Of a stretch of DNA of 64,000 nucleotides, positions 39,599 to 48,921 are shown piece after piece (the stretch's first letter is position 1; the number at the start of each line of letters is the position of its first letter). The translations under genes were made by a program, and so were the position numbers. The DNA comes from Lentisphaeria bacterium (lineage in GTDB: Bacteria > Verrucomicrobiota > Lentisphaeria > JABSQK01 > JAWLHB01): assembly GCA_041690595.1 (NCBI GenBank), contig JAWLHB010000004.1, forward strand, positions 1 through 64,000. The letters run 5' to 3'. The notes below the pieces were generated by a model that was given only the letters and a program-made list of their open reading frames with translations, had not been told where the DNA came from and did not search any database.

Positions 39599-39949
39599 GC
39601 TGCGTCATCTCCAATGCTCGCTTACGACACTCTGCGCCAAAAGATACCGCCATTCCAGCGCTTGGCGAATCTCTTCCCGCAATCTTGCGCATCCCGGCCC
39701 GCGCAGGCTTTACGTGTCCGAATCTTGATCCCGGCGACAGGATCATCATTAACCATCATGAAGCGGCTCTCGCTCTGCCTGATGACGCTAAACCTCATGG
39801 TCTTCCTTCCGGCATGTGTCACCCACACGGTATGGTCACGCCATGAGTTGTGCTTTGGCGAGGCCACCAGGCGGACACTGCGTCAAGTTCCCCTTCTTCT
39901 CAACCTGCACCCACCGGCCCGCGCGTTGCGTTTCGCGACAAGGCACCAC

Positions 39950-40993
39950 TTACGTATTGCGGTGCTTGAGCATGGGCATGATTTCCTGGAAGTAGTCGCT
40001 GGTTTCACTATCCCAGGAGACCTCCATCGCCAGACTCTCCACGAAGGAAGGAAGATTGACCGGCTGAATCGGCATCCCGTACCCGAGCATGCGCGCAATC
40101 GTGTCGCTGAGATGTACCAGCTTCGTCAACTGCATGTCCATGTCGGTAGCCTCGGCTTCTTCATAGACGTCCATGTCGTGGTGATGGGCGATCACCGAAA
40201 CTATGGGCGGCGCCAGCTCCCAGTGCTTGGCCACCAGGCCGCCCACACGCTCATGGAGCATCGGCAGGATGGAGCCGTAAGAGGACTCGGTGAGAGCAGC
40301 CCCGGCGGCCGGGGAGACGCTGACGCTCGCCGCCATCTCCTTGAGCAGGACGAGCTTGCCCACGTCATGCAGGAGTCCGGCCAGGAAGGCCTTGTCCGGG
40401 TCGGGGAAATAGCGATAGCTCAGGTAGTCGGCAATTTGCGCGACAGCGTGGCTGTGCGTGGTGATCTGAGTGGCGACCTGAGAGAAGACCGGGTTATTGG
40501 AGAGTTGCCGTTCGCAACTCGCAAAGTAGAGAATGGCCTTCACCTTACCGCAGCCGAGGCGCGGCAAGGCCACCCCGAGTTTGGTCACCCGGTAGCCGCG
40601 GTTGTAAAGCGACGAATTTGCCATCGTGATGACGTTGGCGGCAAGCACCGGGCTATGCGAGATCAGTTCGTCCACCTGACCAAAGTCGAAATCCGGCTGA
40701 TTCAGGATCTCCAGGCACTTGACGACGTTGCTCGGCACATCGATCATGCGGAAAACTCCCTGGGAAAGCGCCTCCTCGAGTTGCTGGCAGATCGCTGATT
40801 CGTCAAGTTCCAGTTGTGCCGACTTTACTGGCTCGAGTTCCGGGAGCGAATCCCACCAATACGAGAAAGGACCCGCCTCGGTCACCACCTCACCAGGCTC
40901 GGGTACTGCCGGCGCCACGGGCACCGTGGTCTCGCTGCTGCCTTTGAACCAATCCCCGACCAGGGCGCTGAAAGCTTTCTTGAATGATGGCAT
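39950..40993 (-). CDS. HDOD domain signal transduction protein
   Basis: SPVLAANVITMANSSLY, HS..VA, AFLAGLLHDVGK, HERVGGLVAKHWEL, IAHHH. Confidence 0.9.
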   Translation of the reverse strand: MPSFKKAFSALVGDWFKGSSETTVPVAPAVPEPGEVVTEAGPFSYWWDSLPELEPVKSAQLELDESAICQQLEEALSQGVFRMIDVPSNVVKCLEILNQPDFDFGQVDELISHSPVLAANVITMANSSLYNRGYRVTKLGVALPRLGCGKVKAILYFASCERQLSNNPVFSQVATQITTHSHAVAQIADYLSYRYFPDPDKAFLAGLLHDVGKLVLLKEMAASVSVSPAAGAALTESSYGSILPMLHERVGGLVAKHWELAPPIVSVIAHHHDMDVYEEAEATDMDMQLTKLVHLSDTIARMLGYGMPIQPVNLPSFVESLAMEVSWDSETSDYFQEIMPMLKHRNT

Positions 40994-41070
40994 GGGCTCT
41001 CTCCTGAAGTTGCCGTCCGTTCACGCCGCCCTGCATGGCGCAAGGCGATTCTATCGTTTCAAGGCTTGAC

Positions 41071-41085
41071 GCAACTTGCGTGCCA
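41071..41085 (-). promoter_or_regulatory. sigma54 (-24/-12) promoter for the HDOD gene
   Basis: Minus strand reads TGGCACGCAAGTTGC, a full match to TGGCAC-N5-TTGC, about 80 bp upstream of the ATG. Confidence 0.8.
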
Positions 41086-41112
41086 CGCGAGCAACCGCTT
41101 CACTCCCTCGCC

Positions 41113-41127
41113 TGGCGCGATTCATGC
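41113..41127 (+). promoter_or_regulatory. sigma54 promoter for the neuA-neuB-neuC operon
   Basis: TGGCGCGATTCATGC (GG-N10-GC), intergenic. Confidence 0.6.
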
Positions 41128-41219
41128 GATACCGCCAGCGTGAGATTGTCTGACCGATGCGAAAACGTTCTGAATAAGGGAACCCGAGCATGGCGAGCAT
41201 GGCCGCCCAATCAACCCTC

Positions 41220-41960
41220 ATGCCGAGTATCGCGGTCATACCCGCCCGGGGTGGCTCCCGCGGTCTGCCCCGCAAGGCCGAAGCCGAAGTCGCCGGAGTC
41301 CCCCTTCTGGTGCGGACCATACGGGCCGCCCTCGGGGCGCGAAGCGTCGGTCGAGTCGTGGTCTCCACCGACGATCAGCGCTATGCCGATCTTGCCCGCA
41401 AGCATGGCGCCGATATCCCCTTTCTCCGGGATCCAAGCCTGGCCTCCGACACCAGCAGCATCCGCGATGTCGTCGAGGATCTGCTGCGCAGGATCTGTCG
41501 TCACGGCCTCGCCCCCGTCTCCATGGTCCTCCTCCAGCCCACCAGCCCCTTTACCCGCTCCAGCGACATCGACCAGGCCTTTGCCCTCCTGAACGATTGT
41601 GACGCCGTCGCTTCCGTATGCGAATCCGACGTGCAGCCGGACTGGTTGCGGCAGACCAACGAGGAAGGATGGCTGGCCCCGATCGCCCAACTGGCTGTGC
41701 CCCAGCACACCGCCCGACAGGCCATGCCCACCGTCTTTCGGCTCAATGGCGCCATCTACTGGGTGCGCCTCGACTCCTTTGCCCGCGAACGCACGTTCCT
41801 CCCCCGCCGAACCCGCGCCTACTGCATGCCGCGCGAGCGTTCGGTGGACATCGATACACCGGCCGACCTGGCGCTCGCACGCTGGCTCGCCGACACACAA
41901 CTCGAGCATCATCAAGTGGAGTCCACCGACCATGTCCCCTCCTGTCCAGATTATCGCTGA
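41220..41960 (+). CDS. neuA: Acylneuraminate (nonulosonate) cytidylyltransferase
   Basis: AVIPARGGSRGLPRK, VSTD, LQPTSP, LNGAIY, SVDIDT. Confidence 0.9.
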   Translation: MPSIAVIPARGGSRGLPRKAEAEVAGVPLLVRTIRAALGARSVGRVVVSTDDQRYADLARKHGADIPFLRDPSLASDTSSIRDVVEDLLRRICRHGLAPVSMVLLQPTSPFTRSSDIDQAFALLNDCDAVASVCESDVQPDWLRQTNEEGWLAPIAQLAVPQHTARQAMPTVFRLNGAIYWVRLDSFARERTFLPRRTRAYCMPRERSVDIDTPADLALARWLADTQLEHHQVESTDHVPSCPDYR

Positions 41961-42951
41961 ACTCGGCGTCAATCATAATGGCGACCCAGCCCTCGCCGCC
42001 GACATGCTCGCCGCCGCCGCCGCCGCCGGCGCCGACATCATCAAGCTCCAGACCTACCGCGCCGATGAGGTCATGACCGCCGCCACCCCGCTGGCCCAGT
42101 ACATGATCGGGCGACATGGCACCCCACAGAGCTTTCTCGAAATGGCGCGGCGACTCCAGTTGCCGGACAACGCCCTGCGGACCCTGCAGGAGCAGGCTGC
42201 CGGTCTTGGGGTGGAACTGCTGAGCAGCCCCTTCGACGTGCAGAGCGTCTATCTGCTCGCCGCCGCGGGCATGCGCCGGCTGAAGATTCCAAGCGGTGAG
42301 CTGGTCAATCCCCTCATGCTCGCCGCCGCTGCCGAAACCAGGCTCCCCCTTATTCTCTCCACTGGCATGGCCGACCTCGAAGAAGTCCGATGGGCCGTCT
42401 ACTATCTCGCGCGCCATGGCGCGGGACCCGTGACGCTCCTCCACTGCCTCACCCAGTACCCCGCCGACTTCCAGCACGTCAACCTGCGGGCCATGCTGAC
42501 CCTCAAGGGCGCCTTCGCCCTCCCCATCGGCTATTCCGACCACACCCCCGGCCATGAAGCCGCCGTCGCCGCCGTCGCCATGGGCGCCATCATGATCGAG
42601 AAGCACTTCACCCTCGATCGCGAACTGCCCGGCCCCGATCAGCATGCCAGCCTGGTCCCCGACGAGTTCGCCGCCATGGTCCGTGCCATCCGCAATGTCG
42701 AAGCCGCTCTCGGCGACGGCGTCAAGCGTCCCGCACCACCGGAAATGGAACTTCGCCCCATCGTCCGCAAGAGCCTGGTCCTCAACCAGGCGGTGGCGGC
42801 CGGCAGCGTCGTCACCGCCGCCATGCTGACCGCCAAACGCCCCGGCTGCGGCATTCCGGCTCGCGATCTCGATCGCATTCTCGGCAGACGCCTTCAGCAG
42901 GATGTTCCATCCGACCGACCTCTCCAGGAAGCGGACCTTGAACAGGTCTGA
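41932..42951 (+). CDS. neuB: Nonulosonic acid synthase (NeuB/LegI family) with SAF domain
   Basis: AELGVNHNGD, KLQT, KIPSGE, LSTGM, LHCLTQYP, GYSDHT, IEKHFTLD, KRPG. Confidence 0.92.
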   Translation: MSPPVQIIAELGVNHNGDPALAADMLAAAAAAGADIIKLQTYRADEVMTAATPLAQYMIGRHGTPQSFLEMARRLQLPDNALRTLQEQAAGLGVELLSSPFDVQSVYLLAAAGMRRLKIPSGELVNPLMLAAAAETRLPLILSTGMADLEEVRWAVYYLARHGAGPVTLLHCLTQYPADFQHVNLRAMLTLKGAFALPIGYSDHTPGHEAAVAAVAMGAIMIEKHFTLDRELPGPDQHASLVPDEFAAMVRAIRNVEAALGDGVKRPAPPEMELRPIVRKSLVLNQAVAAGSVVTAAMLTAKRPGCGIPARDLDRILGRRLQQDVPSDRPLQEADLEQV

Positions 42952-44095
42952 CCCCAACCGATTGCGCGTTGCCGCCGTCACCTCATGCCGCAGCGATTTC
43001 GGCCGCATGCTCCCCCTCTACAGACGCATTCAGGAGGTCGGGTGGTGCGAGCTGCTTCTGGTGGCCGGTGGAAGCCATTTCGGTCCGGGATCGACCCTCG
43101 ACGAGGTGATCGCCAGCGGCCTGCCCCTGGCAGCGCGCCTCGAACCGGCCGCGGGCGCCTCCCCCCATGCCATCGCCGCTCACCTCCTGGAGCACCTGGC
43201 GGCATGGCTTGAAGCCGCCCGTCCTGACTGCCTCCTCCTCCTCGGCGACCGCTACGAAACGCTGGCGTGTGCCATGGCCGCCCACGCTCAGCGTATCCCT
43301 ATCCTCCATCTTGGCGGCGGTTATCAAACCCGGGGCGCCATGGATGATGCGATGCGCCATGCCATCTCCATGCTCGCGGACTGGCACCTCGTCGCCAATG
43401 CTGGCTGTGCCGAGCGCCTTCACCGGCTCGGAAGAGCCGAAGAGCGTATCCGCATCGTCGGTGCCCCCGACCTCGACATGATCCGCCAGGCAACACGACT
43501 GAGCCGCCGGCAGCTCCTCGAAAGCCTCGACCTCGACCCGGCTCTGCCCTTTCTTCTGGTGACCCTTCACCCCGAAACACGTACTCCACCCTCTTCCGCC
43601 GCCCTGGCAGCCGTCATGGCCGCGCTGGCGGCCGATCCGCGGCAACTGCTCATCACTGCCCCTGCTCCAGATCCCGGCGCCAACGCCATTCAGCAGCACA
43701 TCGACGACCTTGTCCGCAGGCGCGCGGATGTCGCCTTTTGCCACTCCCTTGGAGAGAGTCGCTACATCAGCGCTCTTTATGAGACAGTCGCGGTGGTCGG
43801 CAATTCCTCCAGTGCCATTATCGAGGCCAGTATTCTCACTGTCCCGGTTATCGATGTCGGAGAGCGTCAGGGTGGTCGCCCGAAGAGCAGGAGGGTCGTT
43901 CACTGTGGCTGGTCCGGCACCGCTCTGGCGGAAGCGCTGTTGGCATTGCCGGCTCTCCCACCAGGCGGTCATCGGCTCTCTGATGTGCCCAGCCCCTATG
44001 GCGACGGCACCACCAGTGAAGCCTGCCTGCGCCTCCTCGCCGAACTGGCGGACGAACGCTACCCCTATACCCACGGGAGCCCGCAACCCCGATGA
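42938..44095 (+). CDS. neuC: Hydrolysing NDP-N-acetylhexosamine 2-epimerase (NeuC/LegG family)
   Basis: RSDFG, LGDRYE, DDAMRHAIS, VTLHPET, VGNSSSAIIEA, GERQGGR, PYGDG. Start uncertain (TTG 42938 or ATG 42902). Confidence 0.88.
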   Translation: MNRSDPNRLRVAAVTSCRSDFGRMLPLYRRIQEVGWCELLLVAGGSHFGPGSTLDEVIASGLPLAARLEPAAGASPHAIAAHLLEHLAAWLEAARPDCLLLLGDRYETLACAMAAHAQRIPILHLGGGYQTRGAMDDAMRHAISMLADWHLVANAGCAERLHRLGRAEERIRIVGAPDLDMIRQATRLSRRQLLESLDLDPALPFLLVTLHPETRTPPSSAALAAVMAALAADPRQLLITAPAPDPGANAIQQHIDDLVRRRADVAFCHSLGESRYISALYETVAVVGNSSSAIIEASILTVPVIDVGERQGGRPKSRRVVHCGWSGTALAEALLALPALPPGGHRLSDVPSPYGDGTTSEACLRLLAELADERYPYTHGSPQPR

Positions 44096-45795
44096 ACCTG
44101 CTCTTCCTCAATGTCGGCCGGCGGTGTGAGCTGGTGGAAGCCTTTCGACGCGCTCTGGGCAGCCGCGGCGGCGGCCTCATCTTCGGCTCGGACATCTCCG
44201 AGATGGCCCCCGCGCGCTCCGTCGTCGATCACTTCTTTCTCCTGCCGCGCAGCGACTCTCCAGACTTTCTCACCGCCTTGGCCGAGCAGTATCGGCGCTA
44301 TTCCTTTGACCTGCTGATCCCCAGCATCGACCCCGACCTGGAGCGCCTGGACATCCTGCGCGATCAACTGGCAAGCGCTTGCCCGCGGATGCGGCTGCTT
44401 CTGCCCCCCTCGTACACCATCCGGCAGAGCGCCGACAAGCGCCTCAGTCGTAGCCTCTTCGCACAGCTCGGCGTGCCGGTGCCGGAGGCCCTCCACTCCG
44501 CCGTGGCGGCCAATGCCCTGCCAGTCTTTGGAAAGCCGGCGCACGGCAGTTCAGGAAATGGCGCCGCCATTATCGATTCGGTCCACCTCCTTCGGCATCG
44601 GATCTGCACCGAGAAGGAGTTGATGCTCGAGAAGATCGTGGAGGGGCCGGAATATACCGTCGATGTACTCTGTTCACTGACCGGCAAGGCGTTGGTGGCG
44701 GTGCCGCGGCGGCGACTGCTGCAACGGGCAGGCGAGGTCTCTCAGGGCGTTGTCGAACGGTTGCCGGAGCTTGAAGCCCTTGCCCGCGGACTGGCCGAAG
44801 GCTTTCGCGCCACCGGCCCCGTCACCATCCAGTTCCGCCGGCCCGAACCCCAGCGCTTTGTCGCCATGGAAATGAATGCCCGCATGGGCGGAGGGCTCCC
44901 CCTGACCATTGCCGCGGGCGGCGACTGGCCCGGTTGGATCCTCGACATGCTGGCCGATCGCCCCCCCCGGATCCGCCCCGAGGCAATCGCCGACGGCCTG
45001 CGCATGACCCGCTACGACCGCTCCTGTTTCCTTCCCCCGGTCAACACCGCCGAGCCCCTGCCCGAAACTCCCTGCGAAGCCGTTCTCTTCGACCTCGACG
45101 ACACCCTCTACCCCGAGGCGGACTTCGTCCTGGGAGGTTACCGTGCCGTGGCCGAACGCGTCTGGCGGGACCATGGCGTCGACATCGAGCCGGCTCTGCG
45201 CCGACGCTTCCTCTCCGGTAGCCGCGGCGACCATTTCAGCCCAGCCCTGCTGCAGACCGGCCTGCCGGTGGACGAGGACTACGTGCGCGAGTTGGTCGCT
45301 CTCTATCGCGGTCACACACCGTCACTGCGGCCCTATCTGGATGCCCGGATCCTCGACAACCTCGCCGCGGCCGGCATTCGCCTCGGCCTCGTCTCCGATG
45401 GCCTGCACCAGGTACAGGAGGCGAAGCTCGACGCGCTGGGGCTTCGTGATCGTTTCTCCGCCGTCGTCTTCTCCGACGCGATCGAGGGTCGCGCCACGTG
45501 GAAGCCGTCGCCGCGACCATTTGTGGAATGCCTGCGCCTGCTCCGGGTAACACCCGAAGCGGCGTGGTACGTTGGGGATAATCCGCTGAAGGATTTCATC
45601 GCGCCACGTCAACTGGGCATGGTTGGCGTACGCATCCGGCGTCCTGGTACCCTGTACGAGGACACATCACCTCCATGTCGCGAAGCGCAACCTCAGGTCA
45701 CCCTTGCATCGCTGGGCGAACTGCCCGCCATGCTGGGCCTGGCACAAGAGCTGCGAGGCGCCTCCCGCACACGCAACCCAAAGGTACTACCATGA
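44092..45795 (+). CDS. ATP-grasp domain fused to HAD-superfamily hydrolase
   Basis: ATP-grasp: DKR, KPAHGSSGNG, EYTVD, EMNARMGGG. HAD: FDLDDTLY, VSDG, WKP, YVGDNPLKDF. Confidence 0.88.
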   Translation: MNLLFLNVGRRCELVEAFRRALGSRGGGLIFGSDISEMAPARSVVDHFFLLPRSDSPDFLTALAEQYRRYSFDLLIPSIDPDLERLDILRDQLASACPRMRLLLPPSYTIRQSADKRLSRSLFAQLGVPVPEALHSAVAANALPVFGKPAHGSSGNGAAIIDSVHLLRHRICTEKELMLEKIVEGPEYTVDVLCSLTGKALVAVPRRRLLQRAGEVSQGVVERLPELEALARGLAEGFRATGPVTIQFRRPEPQRFVAMEMNARMGGGLPLTIAAGGDWPGWILDMLADRPPRIRPEAIADGLRMTRYDRSCFLPPVNTAEPLPETPCEAVLFDLDDTLYPEADFVLGGYRAVAERVWRDHGVDIEPALRRRFLSGSRGDHFSPALLQTGLPVDEDYVRELVALYRGHTPSLRPYLDARILDNLAAAGIRLGLVSDGLHQVQEAKLDALGLRDRFSAVVFSDAIEGRATWKPSPRPFVECLRLLRVTPEAAWYVGDNPLKDFIAPRQLGMVGVRIRRPGTLYEDTSPPCREAQPQVTLASLGELPAMLGLAQELRGASRTRNPKVLP

Positions 45796-46178
45796 AACGC
45801 AATCGAATACTGGTTGTCGACGATGAAGAGCTTGTCCAGATGATGCTCAAGGAAGCTCTCACCGAACTCGAGTTCGAGGTCTTCGCCGCAAGCAGCGGCA
45901 AGCAGGCGCTGATGCTCCTCGAGCAACAGAAGATCCAGGTCATGATCTTCGACCTCAAGATGCCCGGCATGAACGGCGTCGAACTCTGCCGCGAAGTCAA
46001 GAAGCTCTATCCCGCCACCATCGTCTATGCGATGTCCGGCTACCATTCGCTCTTCGAGCTCGTCGACTGCCTCAGTGCCGGCTTCGAAGACTACTTCCCA
46101 AAACCCTTCGACTTCGACGTCATCGTCCGCGAGATCCAGCATGCCTTCGCCAAGCTCGATCGCTGGAAACGAATGTAG
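45792..46178 (+). CDS. Single-domain response regulator (CheY-like)
   Basis: ILVVDDE, IFDLKMPGMNG, MSG, FPKP; ATGA overlap with the upstream gene. Confidence 0.9.
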   Translation: MKRNRILVVDDEELVQMMLKEALTELEFEVFAASSGKQALMLLEQQKIQVMIFDLKMPGMNGVELCREVKKLYPATIVYAMSGYHSLFELVDCLSAGFEDYFPKPFDFDVIVREIQHAFAKLDRWKRM

Positions 46179-46186
46179 CCATCTGC

Positions 46187-46201
46187 TGGCGTGATTGTTG
46201 C
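46187..46201 (+). promoter_or_regulatory. sigma54 promoter for the fliF operon
   Basis: TGGCGTGATTGTTGC (GG-N10-GC with TTGC) in the short intergenic gap before fliF. Confidence 0.72.
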
Positions 46202-46242
46202 GGAGCCGTCTCCGGCACCCCAACGCGAGAGGAATACCCCGA

Positions 46243-47847
46243 ATGAACGCGATCTTCAGCAATCTCATCACCACCTGGCGTCAGATCTGGCGCGTCCTCG
46301 GCATTGCCCAGCGGGCCAGCATCATCCTCATCGGGATCGCCGCCATCGCCGCCATCGGGGCGATCCTTTACTGGGGCAGCCAACCTGACTGGATGGTCCT
46401 CTATGCGGACATCGAACCCAATGTCGCCGCCAAAGTCTACGAGATGGCGCGCGATGATGGTATTCCCGTGCGCCTCAAGGATGGCGGCCGGACCGTCCTC
46501 GTTCCCTCCCGATATGTCAGCGACCTGCGCGTTCGCGCCGAACAGGCCGAACTCGGCATCAACCGTACAGGCAGTGGCTGGGAGCTCTTCGACAACGTCA
46601 AGCTCGGGCTGACCGAAAAGCAGCAGCAGGTCGGCTATCAGCGGGCGGTTCAGGGGGAACTGGAGCGCATGATCTCGGAGATGCCCGGCATTCAACGGGC
46701 TCGCGTGATGCTGGCGATACCCCCCAAACGCGCCGTGCTGCGGGCGGAGCCGCAATCCGTCAGCGCCTCGGTGATGGTCTCGCTGCAACCCGGGTACGGC
46801 ATCGACCCTTTGATGGTCAAATCCATACGATTCATGGTCAGCAGCGCCGTCCCCGACCTCAACCCCGGCGAAGTTACCATCACTGACAATCATGGCCGCC
46901 TCCTCGCCGGCCGTGAATCCATCTCCGGCGCCGCTTCCAGTACCCATCTGGAGACGCAGGCCCTGCTGGAGGAACAATTGCGCCAGAAGGTCGAGAGCAT
47001 CCTCATACCCATCACCGGGCCCGAGCAGGTCGTCGCCACCGTCAGCGTCGATCTCGATGCCGACCAGATCGACCGGCTCATGGAAACCTACGACGCGGAT
47101 CGCGCCGTCATCGTCAGCGAACGCGTCATCAGCGAAGAGAGCGAGAAGACCGACAGCAAGCAGCAGCGCGCCGCCGGCGCCGCCAGCAACATCGTCTCCG
47201 TCGACGATCCATCCGGATCCCAGAACCTCTCGGGCAACGCCACCCAGCAGGCCCGCAAGACCGTGGAGAATCAGTACCTGGTGCCGAAGACGGTCGAGAA
47301 GATGCAGCGGCAGGGCGTGCGCATTCGCCAGTTGAGCGTCGCCGTCACCATTGCTCGCGCTCCCGACGCGGAGCCGCGCACACCCCAACAGCTCGACCAA
47401 CTCCGTGAGCTGGTCGCTTCCTCCGTAGGCGCGGTTACCGACCCGGCCTCCGGACGGCAGGACGTGGTCCGCATCATGGAAGAAGTCTTCGCCCCAGGCG
47501 TGGCCGCTTTCGAGGTGCCGCCCGCGTCGCTGCCCACCCGCCTGCAGGATTATATGACGATGTTCTCCTTTCTCCGTCCCCTCGGCGCGGTCGCCCTCCT
47601 TTTCGTCTTCTACCTGATCTTCCGGCGCCAGTTCAACCGCGCCCGGGGCGATGAGATCATGGTCGGCTCCGAGCAGCTCTCCTCCGACAACGTCATGCAA
47701 CTGGGCAGCGACCAGAAGCGCAACCAGATTCTGCCGGAAGAGCACAAGGAAGCCGGCCCGCTCGACCTGATCCGTCAGCGCTCGGAAAAGGCGCCAAGCG
47801 AAGTCGGAGACGCGGTAGAAGCCATGCTGCGCGCTGAACTCGATTAA
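46243..47847 (+). CDS. fliF: Flagellar MS-ring protein FliF
   Basis: Two TM helices; GWELFD, YQRAVQGELERMI, ARVMLAIP, SASVMV, VTITDNHGRLL, IRQLSVAV, GRQDVV. Confidence 0.93.
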   Translation: MNAIFSNLITTWRQIWRVLGIAQRASIILIGIAAIAAIGAILYWGSQPDWMVLYADIEPNVAAKVYEMARDDGIPVRLKDGGRTVLVPSRYVSDLRVRAEQAELGINRTGSGWELFDNVKLGLTEKQQQVGYQRAVQGELERMISEMPGIQRARVMLAIPPKRAVLRAEPQSVSASVMVSLQPGYGIDPLMVKSIRFMVSSAVPDLNPGEVTITDNHGRLLAGRESISGAASSTHLETQALLEEQLRQKVESILIPITGPEQVVATVSVDLDADQIDRLMETYDADRAVIVSERVISEESEKTDSKQQRAAGAASNIVSVDDPSGSQNLSGNATQQARKTVENQYLVPKTVEKMQRQGVRIRQLSVAVTIARAPDAEPRTPQQLDQLRELVASSVGAVTDPASGRQDVVRIMEEVFAPGVAAFEVPPASLPTRLQDYMTMFSFLRPLGAVALLFVFYLIFRRQFNRARGDEIMVGSEQLSSDNVMQLGSDQKRNQILPEEHKEAGPLDLIRQRSEKAPSEVGDAVEAMLRAELD

Positions 47848-47869
47848 CCACTTTGCCACTTTACTCGAA

Positions 47870-48904
47870 ATGCCCAACTCTACAGCCACTGTTGAACACT
47901 TCACCGCCAGCCGCAAGGTGGCGATTGTCCTGACCAGCCTCGAACGCTCCGTCGCCGCGAACATTCTCCGGGCCATGTCGCCCAAGTGCGTGCGCCTGAT
48001 CACCGCCGAGATCCGCAACCTTGGCGATATCAGCGCCGAGATGCGAGACCAGGCGTATCGCGATGTCGCCAAACGCCTGCAACTTGGCGTCAGCCCCAGT
48101 GGCGGTGAAGATGTGGCCCGGGCGCTCCTTCAGGAAGTCGTCGGCGATCGCGAAGAAGCCGACCAGTTGCTCGCCAAGGCGCTCGACGAGCATTCTCACG
48201 CCTTCTCCTCCATCATCAAGGTCGACGGCAAGGATCTGGCCGCCATCCTCCGCAAGGAACAGCCCGCCGCCGTCTCGATCATCCTCTCCTTCATGCCGCC
48301 CCAGAAGTCCGCCGAGATCCTCCCCTGCTTCGATCCGGAGTACCGGCGGGAGATCGTCACCCGCCTCGCTCGCCCCCGCACTGCCGACCCCGCCATGGTG
48401 CGACGCATCGAGAGCATCTTCGTCGACAAGGTCATCTCACTCCTCCATACCAACGAGTATGAAGAGAACAACACCTTGGGCGGCCCCGGCTTTGTCGCCA
48501 AGATCATGTATCACCTGGACCATCAGCAGGAAGAAGAGATGATGGCCTGCATCAGCAGCTACTCCACCGAGCTGGCAGAGGAAATCCGCGAGCGCATGTT
48601 CACCTTCGACGACATTGCCCGACTCTCCGATCAGGCCATCCAGAGAGTCCTCCGCGAAGTCAGCGTCAACAGCCTCGTCATTGCCCTGCGCGGATCTACC
48701 AAGGAAATCCACGCCCGCATCGCCGGTAATCTCTCCAAGAATGCGCGCGACAATCTCGAAGAAGAACTCAAGCTCCTCGGCAAAGTCCGCCGAAAGGATG
48801 TCGATACCGAGCAGCGAAACATCGCCAACCTCATCCGCGGCCTCGAACAATCCGGCGCCATCGTCATCGGCGACAGCCAGGACGGCGAAGAAGACTTCGT
48901 CTGA
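47870..48904 (+). CDS. fliG: Flagellar motor switch protein FliG
   Basis: RKVAIVL, GG linker, MFTFDDI, IQRVLREV, LVIALRG. Confidence 0.93.
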   Translation: MPNSTATVEHFTASRKVAIVLTSLERSVAANILRAMSPKCVRLITAEIRNLGDISAEMRDQAYRDVAKRLQLGVSPSGGEDVARALLQEVVGDREEADQLLAKALDEHSHAFSSIIKVDGKDLAAILRKEQPAAVSIILSFMPPQKSAEILPCFDPEYRREIVTRLARPRTADPAMVRRIESIFVDKVISLLHTNEYEENNTLGGPGFVAKIMYHLDHQQEEEMMACISSYSTELAEEIRERMFTFDDIARLSDQAIQRVLREVSVNSLVIALRGSTKEIHARIAGNLSKNARDNLEEELKLLGKVRRKDVDTEQRNIANLIRGLEQSGAIVIGDSQDGEEDFV

Positions 48905-48921
48905 CATAAAGGCAGCTACAC

